IMG/VR virus record: IMGVR_UViG_3300033075_001504
Location: 12,001 to 76,000 of that record
Reading direction: 5' to 3' (one strand)
From: a virus
Lineage: Duplodnaviria > Caudoviricetes
Length of the DNA stretch: 64,000 nucleotides
The notes beneath the pieces were generated by a model that saw nothing but the letters and a program-made list of their open reading frames with translations, was not told the DNA's origin and did no database searches. The translations under genes and the position numbers were made by a program. Below are positions 54,019-62,265 of the stretch, one piece after another. Every line of letters starts with the position of its first letter. Within the stretch, counting starts at the first letter, position 1.

Positions 54019-54408
54019 TCACCGGTAGCGGTACTTGGGGTCCTTCTTGACGTGCTCGAGATGGGCACCCGCAGCAACCCCGCCGCCTGCGGAGGCACCG
54101 GCCCCGGCCAGGGTGGACGCGGTCCAGCCGCGCAGCGTCCCGCCGGAGATGTGGTGACCGGCGACCTTGATCCCCTCCTTGAGGGGCTTGAGCTTGCGCC
54201 CGGCCAGTCCGGCGGCGGCCAGACCCACGGCACCGCCTGCGGCACCGGCGCCGATGCGGGCGGCGAGGTTTCCCCCGGCCGCGCGGTACTTGTGCCGCTC
54301 GGAGCGGTCGTAGGCCTTCACCGTCGACCCAGGGAGGATCGGCGTGAGGTAGTCGGGCACCGTCTTGCGCTTGGCGATGACGTGCTCGACCCCGAAGGCG
54401 TTTGCCAT
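54019..54408 (-). CDS. Basic putative internal head protein (129 aa)
   Basis: MANAFGVEHVIAKR; Gly/Ala hydrophobic zippers. Confidence 0.7.
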   Translation of the reverse strand: MANAFGVEHVIAKRKTVPDYLTPILPGSTVKAYDRSERHKYRAAGGNLAARIGAGAAGGAVGLAAAGLAGRKLKPLKEGIKVAGHHISGGTLRGWTASTLAGAGASAGGGVAAGAHLEHVKKDPKYRYR

Positions 54409-54410
54409 GG

Positions 54411-54686
54411 TCAGTCCATGTCGCCGGTCTGGGCGCGCTTGATGCGGTCCTTCCAGCCCTGGCCCATCCGGTTGCCCGCCTGTCCGCTGTTGGCGACCCG
54501 GCGCCGCAGGGTCTCGGGGTCGTCCACCCAGCGGACCCCGCCGGAGGCCTTGGCCTCGGGCTTGAGGTCGGTGTTGTTCCGGAGTCCCTTGCGGCCCGCC
54601 TTGGCGTTGGCCTGGATGAGCTTGAGGCCCTGCTTGGCGCCCTTGGCCTTGGAGATGCCCGAGTGCTCGACACCGAAGGGGTTCAT
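54411..54686 (-). CDS. Basic putative internal head protein (91 aa)
   Basis: MNPFGVEHSGISKA. Confidence 0.7.
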   Translation of the reverse strand: MNPFGVEHSGISKAKGAKQGLKLIQANAKAGRKGLRNNTDLKPEAKASGGVRWVDDPETLRRRVANSGQAGNRMGQGWKDRIKRAQTGDMD

Positions 54687-54943
54687 GACGCCGCTGCCTT
54701 CTTCGCGGGGGCGGGGGTGGTCTTCTTCGCGACCGTCTTCTTGGCCGCGGTCTTCGCGGGGGCCTGCGCCTTGGGCTTGAACTCGTCGGGGACGATCTTG
54801 TCCCGCGGGCCGTCGCCGACCCAGACCACCTTGCCCGAACGGATGATCGACTCCGGGCGGGGGAGCAGGGACATGTCGACCTCCTCGCCGATTCCGACCT
54901 TCTGGCCGTGGACGGTGAGGGGGCGGCGGGCGACGTAGGGCAT
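54683..54943 (-). CDS. Small protein with Lys/Ala/Pro tail (86 aa)
   Basis: PAKTAAKKTVAKKTTPAPAKKAAAS. Confidence 0.7.
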   Translation of the reverse strand: MPYVARRPLTVHGQKVGIGEEVDMSLLPRPESIIRSGKVVWVGDGPRDKIVPDEFKPKAQAPAKTAAKKTVAKKTTPAPAKKAAAS

Positions 54944-55002
54944 GGGTGCTCCTAGATGACGAGGGGACCGAAGACGTGTGTCCCCGGTCCCCTCATCCTG
55001 GC

Positions 55003-55305
55003 TCAGACCGAACGGTAGATCTTGTAGGACCAGGTCTTGGCCGTGCCGGTCACGGTGCCCGCGGTGGGGTTGTACCAGTTGATCTTGGCACCGCCGTTGG
55101 TGGCCGTGACGCCGCGCGGGACGATGCCCGCCTCCAGCGTGTCCGGGGGCTCCAGCACGACGATGTCGGTGCTCTTGGCACCGGCGATGGTGATCGTGCT
55201 GGTGGTGATCAGACCAGTCGTGAGCGACGGCGGCGTGATCGAGATCGTGCCGCGCAGGATGTGCGGCCCACGAGCCGGACCCTTGCGGTAGCCGAGCGAA
55301 GGCAT
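55003..55305 (-). CDS. Small beta-sandwich capsid decoration-like protein (100 aa)
   Basis: Immediately after MCP; TITIAGAKSTDIVVL..NPTAGTV. Confidence 0.7.
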   Translation of the reverse strand: MPSLGYRKGPARGPHILRGTISITPPSLTTGLITTSTITIAGAKSTDIVVLEPPDTLEAGIVPRGVTATNGGAKINWYNPTAGTVTGTAKTWSYKIYRSV

Positions 55306-55366
55306 CTGTCCTCCTCCTAGAGGTCAGGGTGGGGAGGCGGGCCCGGAGGCCCGCCCCCGCCATCCG

Positions 55367-56371
55367 TCAGGCGACCGCCGAAGCGACGTAGACGCCCATG
55401 TCGGCCGCGACCTGCTTCATCGAGTAGGCCATGCCGCCCTCGATGGTGTCGGACTCGATGTCCTCCTCGCGGTAGCGCTTGATGCGCATGCCCTGGTCGT
55501 TCCCGGCGTAGCCCTTCCAGGTGAAGGTGTAGCCCGCCGTGGGCTCCATGAGCGAGGGGGTCTCGGTGACGTAGCCGAAGAAGCAGCTCTTGCCCGCCGA
55601 GTCCGCGATGAAGGAGTAGGTCGCCGCGGCGTCCTGGTCCTCCGGGTCGTTGATCTGCGCACCCGAGGCCTGGGTCGCGTACATCGTGAAGATGCGCGGG
55701 ATGTCCAGGAGGGAGGCGAGCAGGTCGTCGGTGAGCACACCGCGCTGGGTGTACTTGATGCGGTCGATGATGTCCGGGTGGTTCTTCAGCGCGAGCCGGA
55801 CGCGCGGGCCGAGGACCAGCGTGTTGGCGTCGAAGCCGTTGAGCTCCCGGAAGTTCAGCTTCCAGGTGGCGATGTCGTTGAGCGGGTCGCTCGCGGCGTC
55901 GTTCCACTGGAGGAACTGGTTGGTCGACGGGCCGCTCGCCACGCCGGTCTGGGTGACGGCCCAGCCCGAGGAGGACGAGAGGAAGGTCGACACGAAGTCG
56001 AGCTCACGGCGGAGCAGGAGCTGGTTGGTGACGAACTCCGTGGCCTCCTTCTCGAGCTTGAAGTTCGAGTCGGCGTTGGCCCGCGTCTGGTCGTCGATGG
56101 GCTTGGCGACCGAGTACACCTGCGCGTAGTAGGTGTCGGCCAGGGTCTTGTAGTAGCTCCGCACAGCGCGGGTACCGGGCGCGCGCTTCTGCGCGTCCGT
56201 ACGACGCCAGTCGGACTTGGTGTACTTGTGGTACAGGTCCGACTGCTTCATGACGGGGACCACCGGGAAGACCTGGGTGGCGATGTAGTCCGTCTTCTTC
56301 GGGATGTAGGCGACGCTGACGTTGGTCAGCGGAGCGTTGACGTGAAGATCGGACTGCGTGGGGTTCGGCAT
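55367..56371 (-). CDS. Major capsid protein (334 aa)
   Basis: LHVNAPLTNVSVAY, WNDAASDPL, ANTLVLG, IIDRIKYT; position after scaffold and cement genes. Confidence 0.92.
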   Translation of the reverse strand: MPNPTQSDLHVNAPLTNVSVAYIPKKTDYIATQVFPVVPVMKQSDLYHKYTKSDWRRTDAQKRAPGTRAVRSYYKTLADTYYAQVYSVAKPIDDQTRANADSNFKLEKEATEFVTNQLLLRRELDFVSTFLSSSSGWAVTQTGVASGPSTNQFLQWNDAASDPLNDIATWKLNFRELNGFDANTLVLGPRVRLALKNHPDIIDRIKYTQRGVLTDDLLASLLDIPRIFTMYATQASGAQINDPEDQDAAATYSFIADSAGKSCFFGYVTETPSLMEPTAGYTFTWKGYAGNDQGMRIKRYREEDIESDTIEGGMAYSMKQVAADMGVYVASAVA

Positions 56372-56386
56372 GGCTTACTCTCCCTC

Positions 56387-56815
56387 TCAGCCCTTGACCC
56401 GGAGCAGGACGGTTGCGATGTTGTCGGCCGTCGAGGCGCCGACCAGGCAGACACCCACCACGAGGGCGGCGTCGGCCGGGAGGGTCGCCACGATGCCGCG
56501 GCCGGAGGCGTCGACCTTGACCGCGTTGCCCGCGGCCAGACCGCCGGAGCCGACGCGGACCTGCGAGACGCCGCTCGTGGCGACGGTGCAGGCGTTGCCG
56601 GTGTACTGCGGCTTGTTCTGGAGGACGCCCACCACGACCTCGTTCGCGGCGGCCGTGGCCAGCCCGCAGGTGCGGGTGCCGGTGACCTTCACGAACTCGT
56701 ACTGGTGGCCGCCGTGGTCGGCCGGGGAGCCGGGGAGACCCGACACGCCGGTGTAGACCGCGAGCGAGGCGTCCGCGTCCAGGGTGATGGACCGGATGCT
56801 GTCGTCGAATGCCAT
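56387..56815 (-). CDS. Capsid cement/decoration protein (DUF2190-like, 142 aa)
   Basis: VVVGVLQNKP..VATSGVSQV..AGNAVKVDASGR. Confidence 0.8.
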   Translation of the reverse strand: MAFDDSIRSITLDADASLAVYTGVSGLPGSPADHGGHQYEFVKVTGTRTCGLATAAANEVVVGVLQNKPQYTGNACTVATSGVSQVRVGSGGLAAGNAVKVDASGRGIVATLPADAALVVGVCLVGASTADNIATVLLRVKG

Positions 56816-56827
56816 GACCTACCCTCC

Positions 56828-57598
56828 TCAGCCCTGCGCCTGGGCGGCCAGGTACTCGTCGTAGGCGTCGGGGTTCTGCTCGAAGAACTCCGCCACCGCC
56901 ATGCTCCGGTCGACCTTGCCGCCGCTCTTGGAGATGGCCGCGTCGATCGCCGCGTCGACCTGGGACATGACGTCCACGTTGTCGCCGCCGCCGATGAAGC
57001 CGACCTCCTGGAACAGGGCGTTGCCTGCGCCGGAGAGCGCCTTGTGGATGACCGCGCAGTCCGCGTCGCTCATCGTCTCGGCCATGCGCATGAGCACCGG
57101 GCCGAGGGTGTTCGGGTCGGTCGGGATGTTGTAGCCCTTGGCGACCTCGACGTACTCGCGGGTGAGGCGGATGTTCTGCTCGGCCTTGGCGATCTCGGTC
57201 GCCGCCGCGAGCTGCTCCTCGAGCTCGGCCACGCGGCCGAACGCCTTGGAGATGACCTCGTCGCGCTCGATGTCGGTGATGCTCTTGGAGAGCTCGGAGC
57301 GGAAGGCGTCGAGGTCGAACGACTTGCCGATCAGCTCGGGCTCGCGCTCCTCCACCGCCTCCGTCTCGTCGTCGGCGACGACCTCGAAGGCCTCGCCGTT
57401 CGCGTCGTAGACGGTCATGCCGAGCTCGAGGGTCTCCGGGTCGACCGGGTTGCCCTGCTCGTCGTAGATCTCGGGCACGTTGTCCTCCTCGGGGGCCCGC
57501 TTGGCGATCGCGACCCTGGCACCAGGAGCAGCAGGCACATCGACCAGGGAGATCTCGTCGATCTCCATGTCCACGACCTTGGCGCCCCTGCGAGCCAT
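56828..57598 (-). CDS. Scaffolding protein with N-terminal protease-like strand (256 aa)
   Basis: ATG at 57598 after AAGGAGG; EIDEISLVDVPA then acidic coiled coil. Confidence 0.8.
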   Translation of the reverse strand: MARRGAKVVDMEIDEISLVDVPAAPGARVAIAKRAPEEDNVPEIYDEQGNPVDPETLELGMTVYDANGEAFEVVADDETEAVEEREPELIGKSFDLDAFRSELSKSITDIERDEVISKAFGRVAELEEQLAAATEIAKAEQNIRLTREYVEVAKGYNIPTDPNTLGPVLMRMAETMSDADCAVIHKALSGAGNALFQEVGFIGGGDNVDVMSQVDAAIDAAISKSGGKVDRSMAVAEFFEQNPDAYDEYLAAQAQG

Positions 57599-57659
57599 GA
57601 CGACCGCCTCCTTCATGACCATCGTGGGGGCACCCGCAACGGCCATTTAGATGCGAACG

Positions 57660-59459
57660 TCAGTAGCGGTGCTCCCACCAGCCGTTGTAGGACGCTCCAC
57701 CGCGGCGGCGGTGCCGCTCGACGGCGTAGGAGCCAGCACCCAGGGCGGCCGATGCGCCGAGCGCGACGGCGGCCTTCTTGCCCGAGCCCTTGGCCTGGGC
57801 GAGGCGGATCTTCTTGTTGGCCAGGTGCCCGCGGGCGACCTTGACCTCGCTCTTGGCGCCCTCGCGCCAGTTGTAGGCCTGGACCCGGGCCCCGCGGGCG
57901 CGGGCGGCCGAGCCGGACTTCTTGGCCTTGGTCTCGCGCGCGGCGTCGGCGAGGTGCTTGTCACTCTGCGCCTTGCTCTCCCAGGCCCCGCCGGTGGCCA
58001 GGCGCGCCTGGTTGCCCTCGCTGCGGGCCTGCACGAGCCGGTAGCCGCCCATCGTGGCGTGCGCGCCCGCGGCACCCGCAGCACCGCCCGAGGCGACCGC
58101 CAGGCCGCTGGCGTAGGCCTTCTGCCGGTTCTGCCGGTTGCGCTCGGGGTCGTAGGCCCGCTTGACCAGGGTCACCTTCTTCGGCTGCTTGGGCATCTCG
58201 CGCTTCCTCGCTTCCTCGCTCTGGATCCGGGCGAAGTTGAAGCCGCCCACCCCGCCGATGCCAGCACCGACGATGCCGGTGTTGACCGATGCCGCACGCA
58301 GCTTGTGCGCGACGGCCTTGCCCTTGCGCCCGGCCACCACGCTCGCGCCGAGCAGCCCCAGCGAGGTCAGGCCCGCGGTGGAGCCCGCCTGGGAGATGTG
58401 CGCCTGGATCCGCTTGCGGCGGGAGAGCTGCTGGTCGGTCAGCGGGGTCTTGCGCTTGGCCAGCCGGTACTTCTCCGGGTTGAACATGGTGAGCTGCTCC
58501 GGCTCGGGCCTGGCCTCCTTGGGCACCCGCTGACCACCGCGGGAGACCACGTAGCCGCCGTCGAGGTGGATCTGCTTGGTGACGGGGTCGTACTTGACCA
58601 CCCGGCGGTTCTTGCCCGCATGGTAGATCGAGCGGGGCAGCGACTTGCTCACCGGCTTGGCGATCCACTCGCGCTGGCGCACCCGCTTGTTGGCGCCCGA
58701 GATGTTGACCGCCTTGGCCGAGCCGGGCTTGAGCCGGACCGTCTGGTGCTCGCCGTGCACCGAGGCGTGGTCCAGGCCCTGCGAGGTCAGGTACTTCGAG
58801 CGCAGCTTCTTGGGCACCCCGACGCCCTTGAGCTGCATCTCGACCAGCCGGGCGTTGGCCTCCTTGGACTCGCCGAAGCGCCGCGCGAAGGACTCCTCGG
58901 TGGTGAACGAGGTCGGAGAGCCGTCGAACTTCTTCCCCTTCACCTGGCCGCGGTAGAGGGTCTGCTTGTTCTTGGGGGCCTGGTCCACCGCGCGGTCCAG
59001 GATGCGCCGGTGGATGCGGTCCTCGACCTTGCGCGGGCGCAGCACGACCTCGTGCGGACGCACCTTCTTGCCGGGCTGAGCGCTCTTGATCTCCTTGGCC
59101 CCGCGGAAGGTGTTGGCCCACCGGTCGGCCGTCGGGTTCATCCGCCGGACGTCCTTGTTCGCCTTCACCGCGCGCTGGTAGGCGCGCTGCTGCGCACCCA
59201 CCTGGGCGAAGGCGCCCTTGGCGTCCCCGAAGTGCATCCCGGGCTCGGCGCCCTGGTGGTGCTCGAGGGTCTCCACCAGGCCCTTCATCCGACCGGGCTT
59301 GCCCAGCACCCGGGCGTTGTTCGCCGCGCGCGCGACGCGGTAGTACGGCCTGCCTGCGACGCCCACGGCGAGGGCCCCGGCGGCGGTGGCCTCCGGGTGC
59401 TCCTTGATCGTCTGGCCCGCCTTCTTGGCGCGGAGGCGGAACCCGCGGGCGTCGGACAT
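57660..59459 (-). CDS. Basic modular internal head protein with ADP-ribosyltransferase-like module (599 aa)
   Basis: TLYRG..PTSFT..QREWI; modules bounded by VSKS, LAKR, LVKR. Confidence 0.7.
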   Translation of the reverse strand: MSDARGFRLRAKKAGQTIKEHPEATAAGALAVGVAGRPYYRVARAANNARVLGKPGRMKGLVETLEHHQGAEPGMHFGDAKGAFAQVGAQQRAYQRAVKANKDVRRMNPTADRWANTFRGAKEIKSAQPGKKVRPHEVVLRPRKVEDRIHRRILDRAVDQAPKNKQTLYRGQVKGKKFDGSPTSFTTEESFARRFGESKEANARLVEMQLKGVGVPKKLRSKYLTSQGLDHASVHGEHQTVRLKPGSAKAVNISGANKRVRQREWIAKPVSKSLPRSIYHAGKNRRVVKYDPVTKQIHLDGGYVVSRGGQRVPKEARPEPEQLTMFNPEKYRLAKRKTPLTDQQLSRRKRIQAHISQAGSTAGLTSLGLLGASVVAGRKGKAVAHKLRAASVNTGIVGAGIGGVGGFNFARIQSEEARKREMPKQPKKVTLVKRAYDPERNRQNRQKAYASGLAVASGGAAGAAGAHATMGGYRLVQARSEGNQARLATGGAWESKAQSDKHLADAARETKAKKSGSAARARGARVQAYNWREGAKSEVKVARGHLANKKIRLAQAKGSGKKAAVALGASAALGAGSYAVERHRRRGGASYNGWWEHRY

Positions 59460-60802
59460 CAGCGCTCGGGCTTGTAGTGACCCATGCGCTGCGCGCGCTG
59501 GGTGCCCTTCACGCCGCCGTAGATGGACGACCCGGCCGAGATGGCCGCACCACCGGCCAGCGCCGCGATGCCCGCAGGCTTGGTCGCGTGCGCCATGCCA
59601 GCGGTGGTCAGCGGAGCGGCCGCGATGCCGCCCGCCATGCTGCCCACCACGCGACCGCCGATCTCGTTACCCATCGCGCGCAGCTTGTGGCCCTTCTTGC
59701 CCGCCGCGGCGCCGTGGTAGCCGGGGAGCAGCGTGCCGAGCGCCTGACGGCCTGCCGAGGCGGGCTTCTGCTTGGTGGTGGCTGCCTTGGAGATGGAGTC
59801 GCCGTGCTCGACCCCGAATGCGGACTTGGCCATGATCTCCTTCTTCCGGGCGTGGTTCGCACGACGGCGCTCGTTGATCTTCTTCTGGTGGTAGGAGTTA
59901 CGGGCCCCAGCCGCGCCGTAGGCGGTCGCCTGGGTCGCGAGACCGCCACCGATCAGCCCGGCGACGACCTTGGCGCGCCCCGACCCCTTGCCGGTGACCG
60001 AGGCCTTGACCGCCTTGCCCGCGGCGCGCGGGAGATGCTTGCTGCTGCGGTTGAACATCCGCTCGAGCTTGTAGGTGGACTGAGCGCGGTCGATACCGCG
60101 GGCCACCGAGCGCTGCGCCTCCGGGCTCGCCGCGAGGTAGGTGCCACCAGCGAGGGAGGCCAGCGACCCGGCCGCACCCACCTGGGCGGCGTGCTTGCGG
60201 TTGCGCCGCTGGGCGGTCTCGCGCTGGTCGATGGTCTTCCAGTCCCCGGCCTTGGAGACCTTGCCCTTGCGGGGCTTGATCTGCCCGGAGAAGAAGCCGA
60301 CCTTCTCGTTCTTCTTCGCCCGGCGGATGTGGCCCTTGGCCTCCGCGCGCTTGAGCGCCTTCTTCTGCGCCCGGTTGGCGACCACGGTGGTACCGGTGGC
60401 ACCCCCGACGTAGGAGCCGATGTTCGCCCCGACACCCGCGCCCGCGCCGGTGCCGATGATCGCCCCGGTCTTGCCGCCCCGAGCCGCCCCGTACGCAGCC
60501 CCTCCGACCGCACCGGCCGCCGTGCCCGCCGCCGTGCCCAGTCCGGTGTGGCGCAGGTAGGTCCCCCAGTTCTCCTTGCGGTTGACCCCGCGCGGGGAGA
60601 AGAAGGCTGACTCGCGCCGGTAGTCCTGGGCGTAGGCCTTCTTGCCCTCCTTGGAGGTGTATCCCAGCGGGCCCTTCTTCTCGCGGTCCTCGCGGAACTG
60701 CTTGGCGTCGCGCTGGCTCTCGTTGAGCTCGCGGATCGTCTTCCCGGTGGCGGACTTGGCGATCTGGTCGCCGTGGTCGACACCGAAGGCGTTGGCGGTC
60801 AT
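59459..60802 (-). CDS. Basic modular internal head protein (447 aa)
   Basis: MTANAFGVDHGDQIAKS; internal VSKA and MAKSAFGVEHGDSISKA; Gly zippers; ATGA overlap. Confidence 0.75.
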   Translation of the reverse strand: MTANAFGVDHGDQIAKSATGKTIRELNESQRDAKQFREDREKKGPLGYTSKEGKKAYAQDYRRESAFFSPRGVNRKENWGTYLRHTGLGTAAGTAAGAVGGAAYGAARGGKTGAIIGTGAGAGVGANIGSYVGGATGTTVVANRAQKKALKRAEAKGHIRRAKKNEKVGFFSGQIKPRKGKVSKAGDWKTIDQRETAQRRNRKHAAQVGAAGSLASLAGGTYLAASPEAQRSVARGIDRAQSTYKLERMFNRSSKHLPRAAGKAVKASVTGKGSGRAKVVAGLIGGGLATQATAYGAAGARNSYHQKKINERRRANHARKKEIMAKSAFGVEHGDSISKAATTKQKPASAGRQALGTLLPGYHGAAAGKKGHKLRAMGNEIGGRVVGSMAGGIAAAPLTTAGMAHATKPAGIAALAGGAAISAGSSIYGGVKGTQRAQRMGHYKPER

Positions 60803-62262
60803 GCGGGCACCTCGACAGGGACTCGGACACCGGATCCGTGGATGGAGAACGCGGGACGCTTGCCCGCCTTGACGTCCGCCCACTGGGCGTCGTCGTTGAC
60901 CTTGAAGCCGACCCACCAGCCCAGCGGGAGCTGCTCCTCGGTGAGCCCCCAGGCGTCGAGCTTCTCCTTCGTCACCACGATGGACTCGACCAGGTCGGCG
61001 GTGTGCAGCGGCTCGTCCTTGACGCCGAAGGCGTGCTTGGTCACCCGGCGGTGCATGTCCCCGCCCTTGCGCGAGTGCAGCATGTAGCGGTACGCCGCGT
61101 CTTCGGTGGTCTCGATCGGGACGTAGTCGCCCTGGAGGTCGTAGACCTCCTGGCCGTTGACCTTGGAGATCGAGCACCAGCCGAACACCAGCCGCTTGTC
61201 GGTGTCGACCTTGGAGATGGTCGCGCGCCACTCGACGTCGTCGGCGGACTTGGCCACCTTGGACTGGCGGTGCAGCGCCCGCGCGGCGATGGCGTCCCCG
61301 GCGAGCTCGGCGGTGTGCAGGCCGCCCCAGGCCCCCGCCACCGCGAGCGCCGAGCGCGTGGGGTTGTCCACGATGGGCCGCAGGATCTTGGCCTTGCCCG
61401 CCACCCGCGCGAGCTTGCCCGGGGTCTTGACCGCCTCGTGCTTGCCGGTCTTGACCCCGCTCTTGGCGGTGTGCGCGATGTCCTTGCCGGTGAGGTAGAG
61501 CGCGTGCGCCCCTCCCGCGGTGGCCACGGCGTTGAGCACCTGGCCAGTGCGGACCTCCTTCTTGGAGCCGCCGGTGGCCGTGCCGCTCTTGACGACCGGG
61601 CCCTTCTGCTTCTTGGGCGCGACCTTCTGGGCCCCGACCACCGCCGCCGCACCGACGCCAGCACCAGCACCGGCTGAGAGCAGGTGGCCGGGGATCTTCT
61701 TGGGCTTGGGCACCACAGCGTCGACCTCGGCCTCGATGCCCTTGGACTTCTTGGGCTTGACCGGGATCTTCGCGCTACGCCCCGCTGCGGCGTGACCGGC
61801 GCGGGCGACGTTGACGGCTCCGGCGGTCTTGGCGTTCTCCACCGCCGCTGCACCCTCGCTGGAGTGGCGGCCCCACTGGCTGGCCACGCTGGCGACGTGC
61901 TCGTCCGAGGCGGCCTGGGCGTTCTGCATCGCCTTGCCCGCGGCGAAGAGCTTGTTGGCCGTGCGCAGGCCCTTCTCCAGCTCGCCCGCCATCTCCAGCG
62001 CCTGCTCGGTGGTGATGACGCCCATCCGGCGGTGGTTGATGATCTCGGTCAGCGCCTTGCCGATCCCGTCGGTGACCGACGGGATGGGCTTGACCTGGAG
62101 CGGGCGCTTCTTCTTGCCCTTGCCGACCTGGACCGGAGCGGGCGTGTGGACCTCGGAGACGTCGTTGGTCTTGGAGATCAGCTCGCGCGCGTCCACGCAG
62201 CCGAAGAACGCTGCGTCGATGGCGCCCAGGACGTCGGAGTTCACACTCCCATGGTGGCTCAT
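60799..62262 (-). CDS. Prohead protease (XkdF/S78-type C-terminal domain) with long basic N-terminal extension (487 aa)
   Basis: ISKVDTDKRLVFGW..DLQGD..EDAAYRY..GDMH..VESIV..WWVGFKVNDDAQWADVKAGKRPAFSIHGSG. Confidence 0.85.
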   Translation of the reverse strand: MSHHGSVNSDVLGAIDAAFFGCVDARELISKTNDVSEVHTPAPVQVGKGKKKRPLQVKPIPSVTDGIGKALTEIINHRRMGVITTEQALEMAGELEKGLRTANKLFAAGKAMQNAQAASDEHVASVASQWGRHSSEGAAAVENAKTAGAVNVARAGHAAAGRSAKIPVKPKKSKGIEAEVDAVVPKPKKIPGHLLSAGAGAGVGAAAVVGAQKVAPKKQKGPVVKSGTATGGSKKEVRTGQVLNAVATAGGAHALYLTGKDIAHTAKSGVKTGKHEAVKTPGKLARVAGKAKILRPIVDNPTRSALAVAGAWGGLHTAELAGDAIAARALHRQSKVAKSADDVEWRATISKVDTDKRLVFGWCSISKVNGQEVYDLQGDYVPIETTEDAAYRYMLHSRKGGDMHRRVTKHAFGVKDEPLHTADLVESIVVTKEKLDAWGLTEEQLPLGWWVGFKVNDDAQWADVKAGKRPAFSIHGSGVRVPVEVPA

Positions 62263-62265
62263 CTG

